A stretch of 62,279 bases of DNA from Syntrophales bacterium (GCA_028718565.1 JAQULO010000005.1:1-62279); one strand, 5' to 3'; positions 10,346 through 21,023 are shown, counted from the first letter of the stretch. Program-made: numbers and translations. The notes: generated from the sequence alone by a model not told the origin.

Positions 10346-12186
10346 CGGCGTTTGAACATCCTCTCTAAGTCCCGCAACCCGATCACGGTATAGAGCGGTC
10401 TTCCGTGCGGGCAGGTTGCCGCGAACGGTATCGCATCGAGGTCTCTGCACAGCGACGTGACCTCTGAGGCGGTCAATGCGTCATTGGCCTTGACGGCACC
10501 CTTGCACGCCATCAGCGCAAGGAGCTTGTCCCGTGTCTCATCCAGGCTTTCGGTCCTCCCCGTATCACCGACCTCCTCAATGACATCGGAGATAAGCGCT
10601 TCGAGATTGCACCCGGTAAGAAACACTGGAACCTGTTTTACAATGACCGTGTTTTCGCCGTACCGCTCCACGCCAAGCCCAAGATCCTTCAGCACATCGA
10701 CGGTATTCATCAGGAGATCAAAGCGGCCGGGTTGCAGGGTTATAACCTCAGGGATCAGGAGGCCCTGAGCGGCGGGCTCCCCTCCCTTTGATATCCTTAA
10801 CTTCTCGAAGAGCACCCTCTCGTGGGCCGCGTGCTGATCCATGAGGATGAGAGCGCTATCCGATGAAAATACAAGGTAGGTGTTCGCAATCTGTCCCAAG
10901 TATGTAAGGGAGAAAAAGGATAACGCCTCCCCCGGCGATGCAGTGACATGTCTGCCAAAGAGATCCGGCCGCGTGCTGATCCCCTCTTCCCCACCCAAGG
11001 AGCCCGGCGCCGGGTTCACCTCTGCCTTAGGGACATTCACGTCAAAGGTCCTCTTTTCAGCGCCCGACTTGAGGGTGTACCGTCTTAGCGTCTCTCCGAC
11101 CCTTTCCCGATATGTATCCGCGCCCCCTTCGGAGGGAGGCCTCTGAAAATCGGGAAGAGCGACAGGCATACCGGAGAGGGAGAGTGAAAGGGTCTCCCTT
11201 ATAAGACTATATATCTCCGACGGACTCTTGAAACGCACCTCCATCTTGGAGGGATGGACATTGATGTCCACATCGCCGGTGGGGATATCAACAAACAGGA
11301 CGACGGACGGGAACCTCCGGGGTTCTATCACACGCCGGTACGCGGCCATAACCGAATGATTCAGGAGCTTGTCCCGTATAAACCGGTTATTGACGAAATA
11401 GAACTGCCCTTTTGTGTTTGATCGTGTGCGATCAGGAGGGGAAATAACCCCGAGAAGAGTCGTATCCCCCTTACGCCCCTCAATCTGAAGGGCATGTCTC
11501 CCGAAATCGTCACCAAATACAAGAGCAATCCTGTCGGACAACTTTTCCGTCTTCGGCACATTGAGGACGGGCCTGCCGTTTGCAAGGACCCGTATCTTCA
11601 CCCCCGTGTTGGAGAGGGCCAGCCGCACGATGGCGTCTATACAGTGGGCCTGTTCGGTTGAATCCCCCTTCATAAACTTCTTCCGGGCCGGCGTGGAATA
11701 AAAGATATCGTCAACTCGTACCGATGTGCCGACAGGGCAGCCGGCATCGATGACTTCTTCAATCCTTCCCCCCCGTACCACAACCCTCGTCCCTGAAGGA
11801 GCCCCTGCACGCTTTGTCAACATTTCAATCCTGGATATGGAGGCTATGCTCGCAATGGCCTCCCCGCGAAATCCGAAGGAGGTTATCGTGTGAATTTCTT
11901 CGAAGGTGTATATCTTGCTCGTGGCGTGCCGCTCAAACGCGAGTGCCACGTCATCCCGATCGATCCCCCTTCCATTATCCACAACCTTAATTGATCGCTT
12001 CCCGCCCCCCTCAAGTTCGACAAGTATGTCGGTAGCACCGGCATCGAGGGCGTTTTCTACAAGTTCCTTGACGATGGAGGCCGGCCTCTCGACCACCTCG
12101 CCGGCGGCTATCCTGTTGGACAACTCTTCGGGCATGACGATTATTTTCCCCTGCACGACACGCTCCTCTTTCTCAAAGATTCCCAT
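10342..12186 (-). CDS. mutL: DNA mismatch repair protein MutL
   Basis: GHKL ATPase N-terminus (NRIAAGEVVERPASIVKELVENALDAGA) and a C-terminal dimerisation domain. Start placed at ATG 12186, which has GGAG 9 nt upstream; ATG 12195 is also possible. Confidence 0.9.
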   Translation of the reverse strand: MGIFEKEERVVQGKIIVMPEELSNRIAAGEVVERPASIVKELVENALDAGATDILVELEGGGKRSIKVVDNGRGIDRDDVALAFERHATSKIYTFEEIHTITSFGFRGEAIASIASISRIEMLTKRAGAPSGTRVVVRGGRIEEVIDAGCPVGTSVRVDDIFYSTPARKKFMKGDSTEQAHCIDAIVRLALSNTGVKIRVLANGRPVLNVPKTEKLSDRIALVFGDDFGRHALQIEGRKGDTTLLGVISPPDRTRSNTKGQFYFVNNRFIRDKLLNHSVMAAYRRVIEPRRFPSVVLFVDIPTGDVDINVHPSKMEVRFKSPSEIYSLIRETLSLSLSGMPVALPDFQRPPSEGGADTYRERVGETLRRYTLKSGAEKRTFDVNVPKAEVNPAPGSLGGEEGISTRPDLFGRHVTASPGEALSFFSLTYLGQIANTYLVFSSDSALILMDQHAAHERVLFEKLRISKGGEPAAQGLLIPEVITLQPGRFDLLMNTVDVLKDLGLGVERYGENTVIVKQVPVFLTGCNLEALISDVIEEVGDTGRTESLDETRDKLLALMACKGAVKANDALTASEVTSLCRDLDAIPFAATCPHGRPLYTVIGLRDLERMFKRR

Positions 12187-13003
12187 CTGCCGCATCTCCG
12201 GAAAAGGTCTTGACCTTTGAAAGGGTATCATCACCCCCGGCTATCACCTCGCCATGGCCGGGATAGATAAAGTGGGGGTTGACGGTTCTGCGCAGATATT
12301 CGTACGATTCCTTTATACGGTCCCTATTCCAGCAAAACCGATTCAAATCTCCCCTGCCATCTGCGGATATACTGATGATCAGATCCCCTGATAACAGCTC
12401 CCCCGTTGTCCTGTTGAAAAAACAGACCGAATCTTCCGTATGCCCCGGGGTACAAAAGGCTTCCCACTCTCCAAAGCCATAATCGCCAAGGGGGACGGCC
12501 GTCTTATTCTCGTCTCCAAAATAATCAATCCGGTTGGTATCGAAGGGGAGTTTGATGATATTTCTGAGTCCCGGGAGGGGAATCCCCGTCAGGCTCTCAG
12601 GACCCAGAGGCGAGAATCTTCTCAGGTGGCGGGCGCTCACCACCGTCGCGGGGGGAAAGCCCACAAACCAATTCTTTATCAGTGATATCTTCCTCTTCCC
12701 CGTGAGATAGTCGCTCACCATGGCATGAAACAGGACCCGTGTCCGGGGCGGACACATCGCAAGCAGGTGGCCGATTCCACCTATATGGTCTATGTGAAAG
12801 TGCGTGGCCGTTATATAGTGCAGATCATCCAGGGAACAGCCCAATACACGGGTTATGTGCTCGGCTATATCCTTTGCGCACCCGAAGCTCCCCACGTCAA
12901 CGGCCATGAGGCCTTCTTCCCCTTCGATAAGGTAGGCACGGGCAAAGCCCGTGTTGGGGACGGGATGTACCCTCCGGAGGTTGTCTCTGCCCACGGCTGC
13001 CAT
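12173..13003 (-). CDS. MBL-fold metallo-hydrolase
   Basis: 276 aa with the HxHxDH motif (HFHIDHIGG). Substrate unknown. Confidence 0.7.
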   Translation of the reverse strand: MAAVGRDNLRRVHPVPNTGFARAYLIEGEEGLMAVDVGSFGCAKDIAEHITRVLGCSLDDLHYITATHFHIDHIGGIGHLLAMCPPRTRVLFHAMVSDYLTGKRKISLIKNWFVGFPPATVVSARHLRRFSPLGPESLTGIPLPGLRNIIKLPFDTNRIDYFGDENKTAVPLGDYGFGEWEAFCTPGHTEDSVCFFNRTTGELLSGDLIISISADGRGDLNRFCWNRDRIKESYEYLRRTVNPHFIYPGHGEVIAGGDDTLSKVKTFSGDAADGNL

Positions 13004-13016
13004 ATGTCACACCCCT

Positions 13017-13859
13017 TTAGCTCATACCGGCCATATACTCCTCGAGTGCTATCTGCCAGAACCGCATCGTCCGGTGGGTGGTATCGGCAAATTTCCTGCA
13101 ACTGAGCACCGAGTATTCCGGACGGGGGGCAGATCTGCCGAGCTGTGCCGATTTTATGGGAGCGATACTGACATTCCCCATGTCTCTGTATTCCAGGATC
13201 TTGAGGGCAAACTGGTACCAGGTGCATACCCCCCTGTTTGTCAGGTGGAAAACGCCCCGGTGACCACCCTCGATGAGGACCCTCACCGCCGCCGCCAGAT
13301 CCACCGTATAGGTGGGAGAGCCCGTCTGATCGTCGACCACCTCCAGCTTTCCCGTCCTCTCCGCCCGCTCCACGATTGCCCCGACAAAGTTCCTTCCATG
13401 CTTACCGTACAGCCAGGATGTTCTTACGAGCAGATAATTATCTGAGATCTCCCTGAGGTATTCCTCCCCCTTCAGCTTGGATCTTCCATAGGCGTTGATG
13501 GGGCTACAGACATCATCCTCCACGTAAGGGCCCTTCTTTGTCCCGTCGAAGACATAATCGGTGCTGAAGTGAACCAGTTTGATGCCGGACTCCCTACAGG
13601 CCAGGGCCACGTTCTTGACACCGTCGGCGTTTACGCAAAGGGATCCTGCCTCATCCGTCTCACATCCGTCGACGTTCGTATAAGCGGCCGCGTTGATGAC
13701 CACGTCAGCGCCAGACTGACCAATTTCACCCCTGCACCCGGAAGCGGATGCTATATCGAAGTCTTCGATATCCTTGCCGGCCACATCGTGCGTCCTCCCA
13801 AGATCGGCCATAAGATCGGTCCCGAGCATACCCTTGTGCCCCAGCACCAGTACCTTCAT
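13017..13859 (-). CDS. rfbD: dTDP-4-dehydrorhamnose reductase
   Basis: 280 aa. Shows the RmlD signatures STDYVFDG, YGRSK, RTSWLYG and DQTGSPT. No rmlABC genes lie next to it. Confidence 0.85.
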   Translation of the reverse strand: MKVLVLGHKGMLGTDLMADLGRTHDVAGKDIEDFDIASASGCRGEIGQSGADVVINAAAYTNVDGCETDEAGSLCVNADGVKNVALACRESGIKLVHFSTDYVFDGTKKGPYVEDDVCSPINAYGRSKLKGEEYLREISDNYLLVRTSWLYGKHGRNFVGAIVERAERTGKLEVVDDQTGSPTYTVDLAAAVRVLIEGGHRGVFHLTNRGVCTWYQFALKILEYRDMGNVSIAPIKSAQLGRSAPRPEYSVLSCRKFADTTHRTMRFWQIALEEYMAGMS

Positions 13860-14593
13860 AAGTATCTTACCTCTTTGAGAAAAAGCCCATGAGGAGGGGC
13901 GGTGATTCCAGCCCTGGTCCTGTCCATAGCATCCATGATCTCTTCGAATCCGGTGGGCGTAATAACTCCTTTTCCCACATCGACAAGCAGGCCGACGATA
14001 TTCCTCACCATATACCTTAAGAAGCCGTTCGCCTCTATAGTAAAGGATATCATACCATTTTTCATCTCAACAGAGGCTACGGTAACCGTCCGTACGTGAT
14101 CATCGACATCCCCCCCTGCGGCGCAGAAGGATGAAAAATCGTGGGTCCCCTCCAGGAGTTTTGCCGCCTGCCCCATGCCGCCCAGGTCAAGAGGCGTGCG
14201 CAGGTGCCAGGAATAGCTTCGGTAGAGGGCGCTCCTCACCGGGTTATTGAATATCCGGTACACGTATACCTTGCTCTTAGCGCTGTAGCGCGCGTGAAAC
14301 CCCTCATCTGCGTCCTGTAGTATCTTGATTACGATACCTTCGGGGAGAAGACTGTTGATCCCCTTCAAAAGATTTTCACATCCGATAGCCGACTTCGTTC
14401 TGAAGTTCGCCACCTGATTAAGGGCGTGAACGCCTGCGTCCGTTCTTCCCGAGGCCGTCAGCCGTATCTCTTCCTGCGTAATTATGCTTATTTTTTCCTC
14501 AAGCACTTCTTGAATGGTGATGCCATTGGGTTGCCTCTGCCATCCATGGTAAGCAGTCCCGTCATATTCGCAGACAACCATGACGTTTCTCAT
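13856..14593 (-). CDS. truA: tRNA pseudouridine(38-40) synthase
   Basis: 245 aa. YDGTAYHGWQRQ and SGRTDAGVHA catalytic-Asp motif. Confidence 0.92.
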   Translation of the reverse strand: MRNVMVVCEYDGTAYHGWQRQPNGITIQEVLEEKISIITQEEIRLTASGRTDAGVHALNQVANFRTKSAIGCENLLKGINSLLPEGIVIKILQDADEGFHARYSAKSKVYVYRIFNNPVRSALYRSYSWHLRTPLDLGGMGQAAKLLEGTHDFSSFCAAGGDVDDHVRTVTVASVEMKNGMISFTIEANGFLRYMVRNIVGLLVDVGKGVITPTGFEEIMDAMDRTRAGITAPPHGLFLKEVRYL

Positions 14594-14608
14594 AGGGGTA
14601 GTCCACGA

Positions 14609-15805
14609 TCACTTGGCTTTTTTCGCGCATTTGTAGAGCGCATCTACCGCCGGTAGTGTTTTCCCCTCCAGGAGTTCAAGGGACGCGCCCCCTCCGGTGG
14701 ATATATAGGTGATCGAGTCACTTTCCCCCGTCCTGTGTACCGCGACATCCGTGTCTCCCCCTCCGACTATGGTAAGAGCATGGGACTGGGCAACAGCGTG
14801 AACCATGGAAAATGTTCCCATACTGAAGGCATCGATCTCAAACACACCCATGGGACCGTTCCACATAATCGTCTTCGCATCGGTGAGTACCTCTCGAAAA
14901 AGGGCAATCGTGGCAGGTCCGATATCCAGACCCATCCAGTTGGGATCTATTTCTTGAATGGGTACAATCTTCGTCACCGCCTTTGGCTCCGCCTTTTCGG
15001 CGATAACACAATCGACAGGTAGATATAATTTTACACCTCTTTCCTTCGCTATCTTCAGACTACGTCGCGCCGTACTGATAAGATTATCCTCTACGAGGGA
15101 GGTCCCCACCTCGTACCCCATCGCCTTAAGAAAGGTAAAGGCCAACCCCCCGCCGATGATCATCTTGTCAACCTTTTTTATGAGATTAGCAAGGGCCTCC
15201 AACTTGCCCGACACCTTTGACCCACCTACGATGGCCACAAAGGGACGTAAGGGATCTTCGAGGGTGGTGCCGAAATAGTTCAGTTCCTTCTTCATCAGAA
15301 AGCCGGCGCAGCACACCTTTGCAAATTTCGTTATTCCCACGTTGGAGGCATGGCTCCTGTGGGCATTTCCGAAGGCATCATCCACATACACATCTCCGTA
15401 ACAGGCCAGCTTGCTGGCAAAGTCAGGTGAGTTCTCCGTCTCCTCCTTATGGAATCGAAGGTTCTCCAGCATGATAACGCATCGAGGCTCCATACCCTGA
15501 ATCAACCTCTCCACATCATCGCCAACGCAATCTTTTGCCAAAGCAACTTCTTTTCCCAAGAGACGTGACAGCCTCTTGGCTACGGGTGCAAGGCTGAAAC
15601 TCTCCACCCTCGCCCCCTTCGGTCTCCCCAGATGAGAGATTATTATCACCTTAGCATCCTCATCAAGCGCGTAGTTAATTGTGGGAAGCGCAGCCTTTAT
15701 TCTTCTGTCGTCGGTAATATGCAGATTGTCATCCAGTGGAACGTTAAAGTCAAAACGACACAGCACTCTTTTCCCTTTGATATCGATCTCATTTATGTAC
15801 TTCAT
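14609..15805 (-). CDS. pgk: Phosphoglycerate kinase
   Basis: PGK N-terminus (KRVLCRFDFNVPLD) and C-terminal STGGGASLE. Start is probably MKY at 15805; the longest ORF starts at 15817. Confidence 0.95.
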   Translation of the reverse strand: MKYINEIDIKGKRVLCRFDFNVPLDDNLHITDDRRIKAALPTINYALDEDAKVIIISHLGRPKGARVESFSLAPVAKRLSRLLGKEVALAKDCVGDDVERLIQGMEPRCVIMLENLRFHKEETENSPDFASKLACYGDVYVDDAFGNAHRSHASNVGITKFAKVCCAGFLMKKELNYFGTTLEDPLRPFVAIVGGSKVSGKLEALANLIKKVDKMIIGGGLAFTFLKAMGYEVGTSLVEDNLISTARRSLKIAKERGVKLYLPVDCVIAEKAEPKAVTKIVPIQEIDPNWMGLDIGPATIALFREVLTDAKTIMWNGPMGVFEIDAFSMGTFSMVHAVAQSHALTIVGGGDTDVAVHRTGESDSITYISTGGGASLELLEGKTLPAVDALYKCAKKAK

Positions 15806-15944
15806 GGGTTCCTCCATTCCATACGCAGGTTAGTTCAGATGAGGCGGTATATAATACTGAGATGACATGGTCAAGGCAGAACTCCCCTCTTTGATTCTTT
15901 ATACGGGTTATCTTTACGCAGGGGAGATGGGACCTTTGTTGATC

Positions 15945-16424
15945 CTACAGGTCCCGACTCTTCATGGTGACCACCGCAAAGGCAGCCACCCCTTCGCCCC
16001 GTCCCGTAAACCCCATACCTTCATTTGTTGAAGCCTTCACGTTTATCCGGTCCGGCGCCACGGCGAGAAAATCGGCTATATTCGCAACCATTGCAGGAAC
16101 ATATTTTTTTAATCGGGGTCTTTCCAGGACAAGTGTTGAGTCGACATTATTCACGATGTACCCCTTCCTGTCTGCCAGCTCTTTGACCCTGATCAGCAAC
16201 TCTCTGCTCGGGATATCTTTGTAGGCAAGATCGCTGTCAGGAAAGTGCCGCCCAATGTCACCCTCTCCAATGGCGCCGAGGATGGCGTCACAGAGGGCGT
16301 GAAGCAAAACATCCGCATCGGAATGGCCAAGGAGTCCCATCTCGGCGGGGATCTCCACACCCCCCAGGACCAGTTTCCTCTCCTCGACCAGCCGGTGGCT
16401 GTCATATCCGAATCCGATTCTCAT
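15945..16424 (-). CDS. ispF: 2-C-methyl-D-erythritol 2,4-cyclodiphosphate synthase
   Basis: 159 aa. MRIGFGYDSHRL and HSDADVLLHA motifs. Confidence 0.95.
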   Translation of the reverse strand: MRIGFGYDSHRLVEERKLVLGGVEIPAEMGLLGHSDADVLLHALCDAILGAIGEGDIGRHFPDSDLAYKDIPSRELLIRVKELADRKGYIVNNVDSTLVLERPRLKKYVPAMVANIADFLAVAPDRINVKASTNEGMGFTGRGEGVAAFAVVTMKSRDL

Positions 16425-17131
16425 ATGCCCGGCTCCGGCTCGCTCCGTTTCAGCAGAAACTCACCGAGAACGAGGTCCTCCGGTGTGGTAATCTTGATAT
16501 TATACGGCAGGCCCTGGATTGTCCTTACCGGCATGCCCATACGTTCCACAAGGGACGAATCGTCGGTGCCGTAAAAGCCCTCCCGGCACGCGCTTTCGTA
16601 TGCATCCAGGATGATCTCCCTCCTGAACGACTGAGGCGTCTGGGCAAGCCGCAGAACCGCCCTGTCGAGAGTATCTCGAATAATCCCGTCTTTACCAATT
16701 ATTTTGATGGTATCCGTGGAAGGGACGACCGGGACCACCGCTCCGCTCTGAACGGCTTCCCGGATGGAGAGTTCTATCAACTCCTGTGTAACAAACGGCC
16801 TTACGCCATCATGGACAACGACGACATCATCTCCTTCGTCAACCATCCCCAGGCCTTCTCTGACAGAGTCCTGCCGCGCCTCCCCACCGGCCTGAATCTG
16901 TTTTGCTTTGAGGATGCGGTATCTGCCGACAATTTCATCCCTGACATAATTCCTGTCGTCCTTGGGAACCACAAGGACGATGCGGCCAACAGACGGGGTC
17001 TTTTCAAAGGTGATAAGGGTACGGGCCAATATGGGAACGCCGGCAAGGGGAACGTACTGCTTCGGACGGTCATGCAACATTCGTTTTCCGGAACCGCCGG
17101 CGACGATAATTGCGACTGACTGCACCATCAT
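16421..17131 (-). CDS. ispD: 2-C-methyl-D-erythritol 4-phosphate cytidylyltransferase
   Basis: AIIVAGGSGKRM nucleotide-binding motif. 4-nt overlap with ispF. Start at 17131/17128 preferred over the longest ORF (17170). Confidence 0.9.
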   Translation of the reverse strand: MMVQSVAIIVAGGSGKRMLHDRPKQYVPLAGVPILARTLITFEKTPSVGRIVLVVPKDDRNYVRDEIVGRYRILKAKQIQAGGEARQDSVREGLGMVDEGDDVVVVHDGVRPFVTQELIELSIREAVQSGAVVPVVPSTDTIKIIGKDGIIRDTLDRAVLRLAQTPQSFRREIILDAYESACREGFYGTDDSSLVERMGMPVRTIQGLPYNIKITTPEDLVLGEFLLKRSEPEPGI

Positions 17132-17203
17132 TATTTCCGTGCTCTCGAGTTTTTGCCGTATGAGTTCCAAGGAGTATTCGAGTTGCGGCTCCGCCGCTCC
17201 TCT

Positions 17204-18211
17204 CTAGGCGGAGACGCTGTTTCGCTCATCATCTTTCATGCCGGAAAAGATCATCCGCCCCGCCGACGTCTGGAGAACGCTGGTTACAACCACCTCGACA
17301 TCCTTCCCCATGTACCTGGTTCCATTATCCACAACTACCATGGTGCCGTCATCAAGGTATGCCAGGCCCTGTCCCGCCTCTTTTCCCTCTTTGATAACCC
17401 GTACGGTCATGGCTTCGCCGGGCAGGACGAGGGGTTTCAGGGCATTTGCAAGGTCATTTATGTTCAGGATCTTTATGCCCTGTAGCTCTGCTACTTTGTT
17501 CAGATTATAGTCGTTAGTTACGATTGTGCCCCCCTGTTTTTTGGCAAGGGCGACCAGCTTCGAGTCAACCCCCTTTACCTTCGGAAAATCGATATCGACA
17601 ATCTCAATCTTCACACCGTCACTCTTCTGCATCCGGTTGAGTATATCCAGCCCCCTTCTCCCCCGTGAACGTTTCATGTGATCGGATGAATCGGCAATCA
17701 ACTGCAACTCATCCAACACAAATCGGGGGACTACCAGGGTTCCCTCAATAAATCCGGTACCGCATATATCGGCCATCCTGCCGTCAATAATGACGCTGGT
17801 ATCCAGTATCCGGTAATCCTGTTTTTCATCTTTCGGAGCAGCGGATTGAAGGAAGTGGAAGTCTTCGCTCTTCTTCGAGCCCAGGACCAGACCGAGGTAC
17901 CCCAGGATGAAGGTAACGATGACATAGATATACCCCCACGGTATTATGTCGTGCCCTTCCAGCCCGGGCATAAACTTTAAACCACAGGTAAAAAGAAAGG
18001 CGATCAAAAGCCCGATAACCGTCCCGACAACACCGCCGAATATAACCCTTAATGAAAGTTTTCGTATGGCCTGTTCTATCTGGATTACAAAGATTGAAAG
18101 GAAAAGTCCCGATATCAAACCTACTAATGAAAGGGGAAACGTATAATATTTTAAAGCAATAAAATAACCACTCAAAGAACAGGCCCCTATAAGCAAAAGC
18201 CTTATAACCAA
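17204..18211 (-). CDS. Membrane-anchored PIN/TRAM domain protein (YacL-like)
   Basis: 335 aa. Four N-terminal hydrophobic helices, then a PIN-like domain (ILDTSVIIDGR) and a C-terminal TRAM-like domain. Lies upstream of ispDF, as yacL does in Firmicutes. Confidence 0.75.
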   Translation of the reverse strand: MVIRLLLIGACSLSGYFIALKYYTFPLSLVGLISGLFLSIFVIQIEQAIRKLSLRVIFGGVVGTVIGLLIAFLFTCGLKFMPGLEGHDIIPWGYIYVIVTFILGYLGLVLGSKKSEDFHFLQSAAPKDEKQDYRILDTSVIIDGRMADICGTGFIEGTLVVPRFVLDELQLIADSSDHMKRSRGRRGLDILNRMQKSDGVKIEIVDIDFPKVKGVDSKLVALAKKQGGTIVTNDYNLNKVAELQGIKILNINDLANALKPLVLPGEAMTVRVIKEGKEAGQGLAYLDDGTMVVVDNGTRYMGKDVEVVVTSVLQTSAGRMIFSGMKDDERNSVSA

Positions 18212-18260
18212 ATACCACCTCCTGAAAATCAGTCACTATTTCAAGGAACGGAGTGTGAAA

Positions 18261-18743
18261 CTACGCCGTGAATATCGCGTTCAGGTTTTCTTCCACCTCG
18301 GTTTCCTCGCAGTCACCGGCTATCGATATCTCTCGTATCAACAGACTCTTTGCAGTATCCATCATCTTTCTCTCGCCAAATGACAGATCCTTATCAATCT
18401 TTAAGGTAAAGAGATCGCGCAACACCTCCGCTATTTCATAAACCGATCCCGTCTTTATCTTTTCCCAGTACTCCTTGTATCTCTTGTTCCACGTTTGTTT
18501 ATCTACAACCGCACTCTTTTCTCTCAGTATCTTATAGACTATAGGGATTTCATCCTCCGAGATTATATCCCTGAGACCAACGAACCTGGCGCCGTCCTGA
18601 GGTATCATGATCGTTGCATTATTCCCCAGGATCTTCATGACATAAAATGGCTGCTCGTTTCCCATAATCTCCCTGATCTCTATAGCCTCAATCACCCCGA
18701 CCCCATGTGCCGGATAGACCGCCATGTCTCCCACCTTAAACAT
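18261..18743 (-). CDS. carD: CarD/CdnL family transcriptional regulator
   Basis: MFKVGDMAVYPAHGVGVIEAIE N-terminal Tudor-like RNAP-interaction domain. About 160 aa. Confidence 0.85.
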   Translation of the reverse strand: MFKVGDMAVYPAHGVGVIEAIEIREIMGNEQPFYVMKILGNNATIMIPQDGARFVGLRDIISEDEIPIVYKILREKSAVVDKQTWNKRYKEYWEKIKTGSVYEIAEVLRDLFTLKIDKDLSFGERKMMDTAKSLLIREISIAGDCEETEVEENLNAIFTA

Positions 18744-18944
18744 ACACATCATCTCCCTACGCCTCTTGCAACAAAAATGGTCCTCTGTCTAAAAGGAGGT
18801 AGCATGTATCACAATTTGGCATCCCGGTCAATTAAATCCTCCCGGCACCCCTCCAAAGGGAGAAAATTGTCTTGACTTTGAAAGACAGAATAAGCTAATC
18901 GTGCGAGGTTGTACCGTCACCAACAGTTACAGGAAGGGGGCACC

Positions 18945-21023
18945 ATGGCAAAATACAGTTCCGATTCTCTCAGAAATATTGCGATCGCAGGGCACGGAGG
19001 AACGGGTAAGACGTCTCTCTGTGAAGCTTTCCTGTTCCTCAGCGGAAAATCCGACAAACTTGGAAGGGTAGATGATGGAACATCTTCCCTCGACTTTGAA
19101 CCGGAAGAGCAGAAGAGGCACATCTCCATCAGTTCGGCAGTAAACTTTTTTGAATGGAATAAACACCGAGTAAACATCATCGATACCCCCGGGGATTCCA
19201 ACTTCTTCACGGATACCAAATACAGCCTGCGTGTCGCCGATAGTGTGATCGTCGTCGTGGATGCCGTCGGCGGTGTCGAATTTCAGACAGAAAAGGTATG
19301 GGATTACGCCGACGAGATATCACTCCCCCGCATGGTATATATCAGCAAGATGGACCGGGAGCGTGCCGATTTTTTCAAGACGGTGGAAGCCATAAACACC
19401 AAACTGGGGAAAAAGACAACGGTCTGCTATCTTCCGATAGGTTCCGAAGAATCCTTCAAAGGTCTGATCGATCTTGCAAACATGAAGGCCCTCCTCTTTG
19501 ACGATCCCAAGGGGAAACCAAAAAGAGAGAACATTCCGGAAGATTTACTGGAAGATGCCACGGCGGCCCGGGAGACCATGGTCGAAGATATAGCGGAGTG
19601 TGACGAGTCGTTGATGGATAAGTATCTGGAAGAAGGGGAACTTTCTATCGACGATATCAGGGCGGGACTCCGCAGGGGAATGATTTCAGGAGACCTGATC
19701 CCCGTCGTATGCGGGTCGACCATCACCAACACGGGGATAGTGTCCCTTATGGATGCGATTGTCAATTTTCTCCCCTCTCCCCTGGATCGGGGGGTCATCA
19801 CCGGTACGAAGCCCGACACAGAAGAGACAGAGGAGCGGTCGCCCGATGAAAAGGCGCCCTTTTCCGCGATGGTGTTCAAGACTATTGCCGACCCCTACGC
19901 CGGCAAGCTCACCCTGTTTCGGGTCTTTTCGGGGACTGTAACATCGGATTTTGTCTTTTATAACTCATCGAAGGACCTGAGTGAAAAATGCGGAAACATC
20001 TTCTATCTGGAAGGGAAAAACCAGGTTCCCGTAGAATCACTCATCCCTGGGGATATCGCCGCCCTTGCCAAGCTGAAGGAGACGTCCACCGGCGATACCA
20101 TGTGTGATTTAAAGGCCCCCATCATCTATGACAGAATTCCCATGACAAAGCCGGTGGTTCATTACGCGGTGGAGGCTAAGACCAAGGGGGATGAAGAGAA
20201 GATACACTCCTCTCTTAACAGGCTGATCGACGAAGACCAGACCCTCTCGCTACACCGGGACCCCGAGACGGGAGAAACCATACTTTCCGGGGTCGGACAG
20301 GTACATATCGATATAACCATAGAAAAACTTAAGAGAAAGTTCGGCGTGGGTGTAACCCTCCGGCAGCCGAAGGTCCCGTACCGGGAAACCATCAAGGGAA
20401 AAACAAGGGTCCAGGGCAAGTACAAGAAACAATCGGGGGGCAAGGGACAGTACGGTGATACGTGGCTCGAGATAGAACCTCTTCCCAGCGGAGGCGGGTT
20501 CGAGTTTGTCGATGCAATCGTCGGCGGTGTCGTACCCAGAACATACATACCTGCGGTGGAAAAAGGCATCGTCGAAGCGATGGCCGAAGGCATCCTGGCC
20601 GGGTACCCCATTGTCAATGTCAGAGTTTCCCTTGTCGACGGTTCATACCATACCGTGGACTCATCCGAAATGGCCTTCAAGATAGCAGGATCCATGGGTT
20701 TCAAGAAGGGTTTTCAGGAATGTCACCCCACCCTCCTGGAACCGATAGTCGATATCAGTATTGAAATACCCGATGAATACATGGGAGATGTGATCGGCGA
20801 CCTCAACAGCAGGCGGGGACGCGTCCTGGGGATGGATAAAGAGGGAAACAACCAGGTCATCAAGGGACAGGTTCCCTTGGCCGAGATTCTTTCCTACGCG
20901 CCCGATCTCACATCGATCACCAGCGGTAGAGGGACCTTTTCCTATGAGATCTCCCGCTACGATGAGGTTCCCGCGCACCTACAGGAAAAGGTTATCGCCG
21001 AAGCGAAAAAGAAAGATTCATAA
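18945..21023 (+). CDS. Elongation factor G paralogue (EF-G2-like GTPase)
   Basis: About 692 aa from ATG 18945 (AGGAAGGGGG upstream). The G1 motif is AGHGGTGKTS rather than the canonical AHIDAGKTT. DTPG and full EF-G domains II-V are present. Not located in a str operon. Confidence 0.85.
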   Translation: MAKYSSDSLRNIAIAGHGGTGKTSLCEAFLFLSGKSDKLGRVDDGTSSLDFEPEEQKRHISISSAVNFFEWNKHRVNIIDTPGDSNFFTDTKYSLRVADSVIVVVDAVGGVEFQTEKVWDYADEISLPRMVYISKMDRERADFFKTVEAINTKLGKKTTVCYLPIGSEESFKGLIDLANMKALLFDDPKGKPKRENIPEDLLEDATAARETMVEDIAECDESLMDKYLEEGELSIDDIRAGLRRGMISGDLIPVVCGSTITNTGIVSLMDAIVNFLPSPLDRGVITGTKPDTEETEERSPDEKAPFSAMVFKTIADPYAGKLTLFRVFSGTVTSDFVFYNSSKDLSEKCGNIFYLEGKNQVPVESLIPGDIAALAKLKETSTGDTMCDLKAPIIYDRIPMTKPVVHYAVEAKTKGDEEKIHSSLNRLIDEDQTLSLHRDPETGETILSGVGQVHIDITIEKLKRKFGVGVTLRQPKVPYRETIKGKTRVQGKYKKQSGGKGQYGDTWLEIEPLPSGGGFEFVDAIVGGVVPRTYIPAVEKGIVEAMAEGILAGYPIVNVRVSLVDGSYHTVDSSEMAFKIAGSMGFKKGFQECHPTLLEPIVDISIEIPDEYMGDVIGDLNSRRGRVLGMDKEGNNQVIKGQVPLAEILSYAPDLTSITSGRGTFSYEISRYDEVPAHLQEKVIAEAKKKDS

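Noticed and set aside
9356-10450. N-terminal extensions of longest ORFs that overlap upstream genes (miaA to 10450, mutL to 12234, the phosphoesterase to 23004, lapA to 21959, trmFO from 2850).
   Set aside because: In each case an internal start gives the canonical protein N-terminus and a 1-4-nt junction with the neighbouring gene. The extensions are artefacts of longest-ORF calling, not evidence of gene overlap.
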